Source of the DNA: an uncultured delta proteobacterium
GTDB taxonomy: Bacteria > Myxococcota > Myxococcia > Myxococcales > Myxococcaceae
Length of the DNA stretch: 64,000 nucleotides
Direction: 5' to 3'
Assembly (NCBI GenBank): GCA_963796055.1
Contig: CAWCKH010000004.1
Coordinates: 128,001-192,000 of the forward strand
Shown: positions 62,055 to 64,000 of the stretch, one piece after another
Layout: each line of letters opens with the position of its first letter
Numbering within the stretch: the first letter of the stretch is position 1
Program-made: the position numbers and the translations under genes
Notes under the pieces: model-generated
Told to the model about the DNA's origin: nothing
Database searches by the model: none
The model's input: only the letters and a program-made list of their open reading frames with translations

Positions 62055-63550
62055 CCGTCGTCTCCGGACCTCGGGCGAGGGGGCTCGACGACGGGGACGC
62101 CGGTGAGCACGCCGCGGAAGTGGGTCAAGGGCTCCCTGATCTCGACGCCCCGGTCCGAGATCTGCAGCTCGCGGATGCTGTCCTCGTGCTTGCCCACCCT
62201 GCGCTTGAGGACCGAGAGAGCCTTCCGGACCCTGCCCTCGGCCTCGAAGAACCGGAGCAGCAGGACGGTGTCCGCGAGGTAGGTCACGTCGACGGGAGCG
62301 TCCATCTTTCCCACCATCCCGTGCTGGGTGAGCACGAGGAGGGTGGTCACTCCCTGCTGGCCCAGATAGGTCAGCAGCTCGTGGAGGTGCAGGACGAGGA
62401 ACCGCTCCTCCGGCATGGCCATCAGGTAGCCGTTGAGGCTGTCGATGATGAGCAGACGGAGGTCGCCTCGCTCGACGTTCTCGCGGCAGGCGTGGGCGAA
62501 CTCGCCCGGGGACAGCTCCGCCGGGTCGACCTGCCGGAGCTCGAACAGCGGATCGTCGGTGAGGTGAAGCCCCAGGCCGTGGGTTCGCGCGTTGAAGACT
62601 TCGAGTGTCTCGTCGAAGGAGAAGCAGAGCACACGCTCCTTCCGCTGCAACGCCGTCGCGGCGTACTGGGAAGCGATGCTCGACTTCCCGGTGCCCGCGG
62701 GGCCGAGGCACACGGTGCTGGTCCCGCGCACCAGCCCACCTCCGAGCATCGCGTCCAGGCCCGGCACTCCGCTGGCCAGGACCTCTCGCCGGAAGGAGGT
62801 GCGGTGGGAGGCCGCGACCAGGCGGGGAAAGACCTGGAGCCCGCCACGGACAATGGTGAAGTCGTGCTTCCCGGTGAGGAAGTCGACCCCGCGCATCTTC
62901 AGCACCTCGAGGCGCCTGCGGGCCGCGCCGTAGGCCAGGGCGCTGCGGTCGAGCTCGATCACCCCGTGGGCGAGGCTCTCCAGCTGGGTATCCCCTCCCT
63001 CGGCGGTGCCGTCGTCGAGGAACAGCACCGTGGCGTCCCGTCTCGCGAACTGCTGCTTCAGGGCGAGGATCTGCCGGCGGTAGCGGAGCGACTCTCCGGC
63101 CAGCAGTCGCATCTCGGAGAGGGAGTCGAAGACGATGCGCAGCGGTCTGATGTCGTCCACCAGGGCGAGGACCCGCTCGATGGTCTCGTTGAGCTCCACC
63201 TCCGCCGGGTGGAAGAGGGTGTTCTGTCGCTGCGCCTCGAGCATCTCTTCCGGGGTGGAGAGGGGATGCACGCGGAATCCGTCGAGCGTCCAGCCGTGAG
63301 AGGCAGCCACGGCCGCCAGCTCCTCCTGCGTCTCGGAGAGGGTGACGTAGAGACCGGGCTCACCGGTGCGTGCCCCTTCGAGGAGGAACTGCAGTCCGAG
63401 GGTCGTCTTGCCCACTCCGGGAGCGCCGCGGAGCAGATAGCTGCGCCGCCGCGGGAACCCGCCGCGGAGGATCTCGTCGAGTCCGCTGACTCCGGTCTTG
63501 ACCAGGTCTCGGGCCACGGAGGGCGCAAGATGAACACCGTCGGGAGCCAC
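62051..63550 (-). CDS. kaiC: Double-domain KaiC-like (RAD55-family) ATPase; alternative start at 63517
   Basis: Two RecA-fold domains: GAPGVGKT and GPAGTGKS, FDSLS and IDSLN, KMRG and KRRVG. Confidence 0.88.
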   Translation of the reverse strand: MAPDGVHLAPSVARDLVKTGVSGLDEILRGGFPRRRSYLLRGAPGVGKTTLGLQFLLEGARTGEPGLYVTLSETQEELAAVAASHGWTLDGFRVHPLSTPEEMLEAQRQNTLFHPAEVELNETIERVLALVDDIRPLRIVFDSLSEMRLLAGESLRYRRQILALKQQFARRDATVLFLDDGTAEGGDTQLESLAHGVIELDRSALAYGAARRRLEVLKMRGVDFLTGKHDFTIVRGGLQVFPRLVAASHRTSFRREVLASGVPGLDAMLGGGLVRGTSTVCLGPAGTGKSSIASQYAATALQRKERVLCFSFDETLEVFNARTHGLGLHLTDDPLFELRQVDPAELSPGEFAHACRENVERGDLRLLIIDSLNGYLMAMPEERFLVLHLHELLTYLGQQGVTTLLVLTQHGMVGKMDAPVDVTYLADTVLLLRFFEAEGRVRKALSVLKRRVGKHEDSIRELQISDRGVEIREPLTHFRGVLTGVPVVEPPRPRSGDDG

Positions 63551-63644
63551 GACCGAGGAGAGGGGCCCCTGCCGACGGGAAGCGTCCAGTCCTCAACGAC
63601 CCCGCTGTCACCCACCGCCCGATGCCGCCGGGGAGGCGATGCGC

Positions 63645-64000
63645 TCAGGGGACTCCAAAGCGTCGATCGCGCGCGAAGACGATGGCCTGTGCGCGTGTCC
63701 AGACCCCGAGCTTGTCGAAGAGGTTGGAGAGGTGATTCCGGACAGTCTTCTCGCTCAGGGAGAGCCGCTCGGCGATGTCGGCGTTGCCCAGGCCCTCGGT
63801 GAGCAGGCTCAGCACCTCGCGCTCCCTGCGGGTCAGGGCCTTGAAGACCGGGTCTTCACCGACGGCTGCACCTCCCAGCCCGGTGAATTCGAGAACGGCG
63901 TCGCAGAATCGTTTCCAGGCTGGCTCGTCCTCCAGCAGAATGTGGTTCTTCGAGTCCAGCTCGACGAACTCCGCACCGGCGATCCGGGAAGCGATCAGAC
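63645..64000 (-). CDS. Alpha/beta hydrolase-LuxR HTH fusion, C-terminal part (runs off the window end)
   Basis: Manual translation: FVELDSKNHILLEDEPAW...LTRREREVLSLLTEGLGNADIAERLSLSEKTVRNHLSNLFDKLGV. Confidence 0.85.
   Translation of the reverse strand, partial: LIASRIAGAEFVELDSKNHILLEDEPAWKRFCDAVLEFTGLGGAAVGEDPVFKALTRREREVLSLLTEGLGNADIAERLSLSEKTVRNHLSNLFDKLGVWTRAQAIVFARDRRFGVP

Overview
High-GC window from a myxobacterium (Myxococcota, Myxococcaceae-like), judged from mglBA, Glt-like genes, a CglB-like gene and an ADYC-domain gene. In order it contains: a glycosylation/acylation operon; a zinc-ribbon-GYF-TPR membrane protein; the conserved serS / four tRNA-Ser / tRNA-Arg(ACG) / tadA / SRP RNA / dnaX / ybaB / recR block; an accessory ADYC + Ser/Thr kinase-nSTAND1-FGE pair; mglBA followed by a Glt/Nfs-paralogous TPR-TonB-like cluster and a beta-barrel + short OPX polysaccharide export pair; a peptidoglycan recycling operon (ldcA, serine hydrolase, mpl) carrying two paralogous Cys-lipoproteins and vapBC; a CglB-like adhesin; and a KaiC-like ATPase + hybrid histidine kinase. 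The best leads are a candidate programmed +1 frameshift in dnaX at CCC_TTT_CGC, a structured non-coding RNA candidate at about 875-1085, and the Glt-like cluster linked to a polysaccharide exporter. Five other single-base frameshifts look like sequencing errors. No CRISPR array, rRNA, integrase or transposase was seen. All family assignments come from motif recognition by eye, not from database searches.
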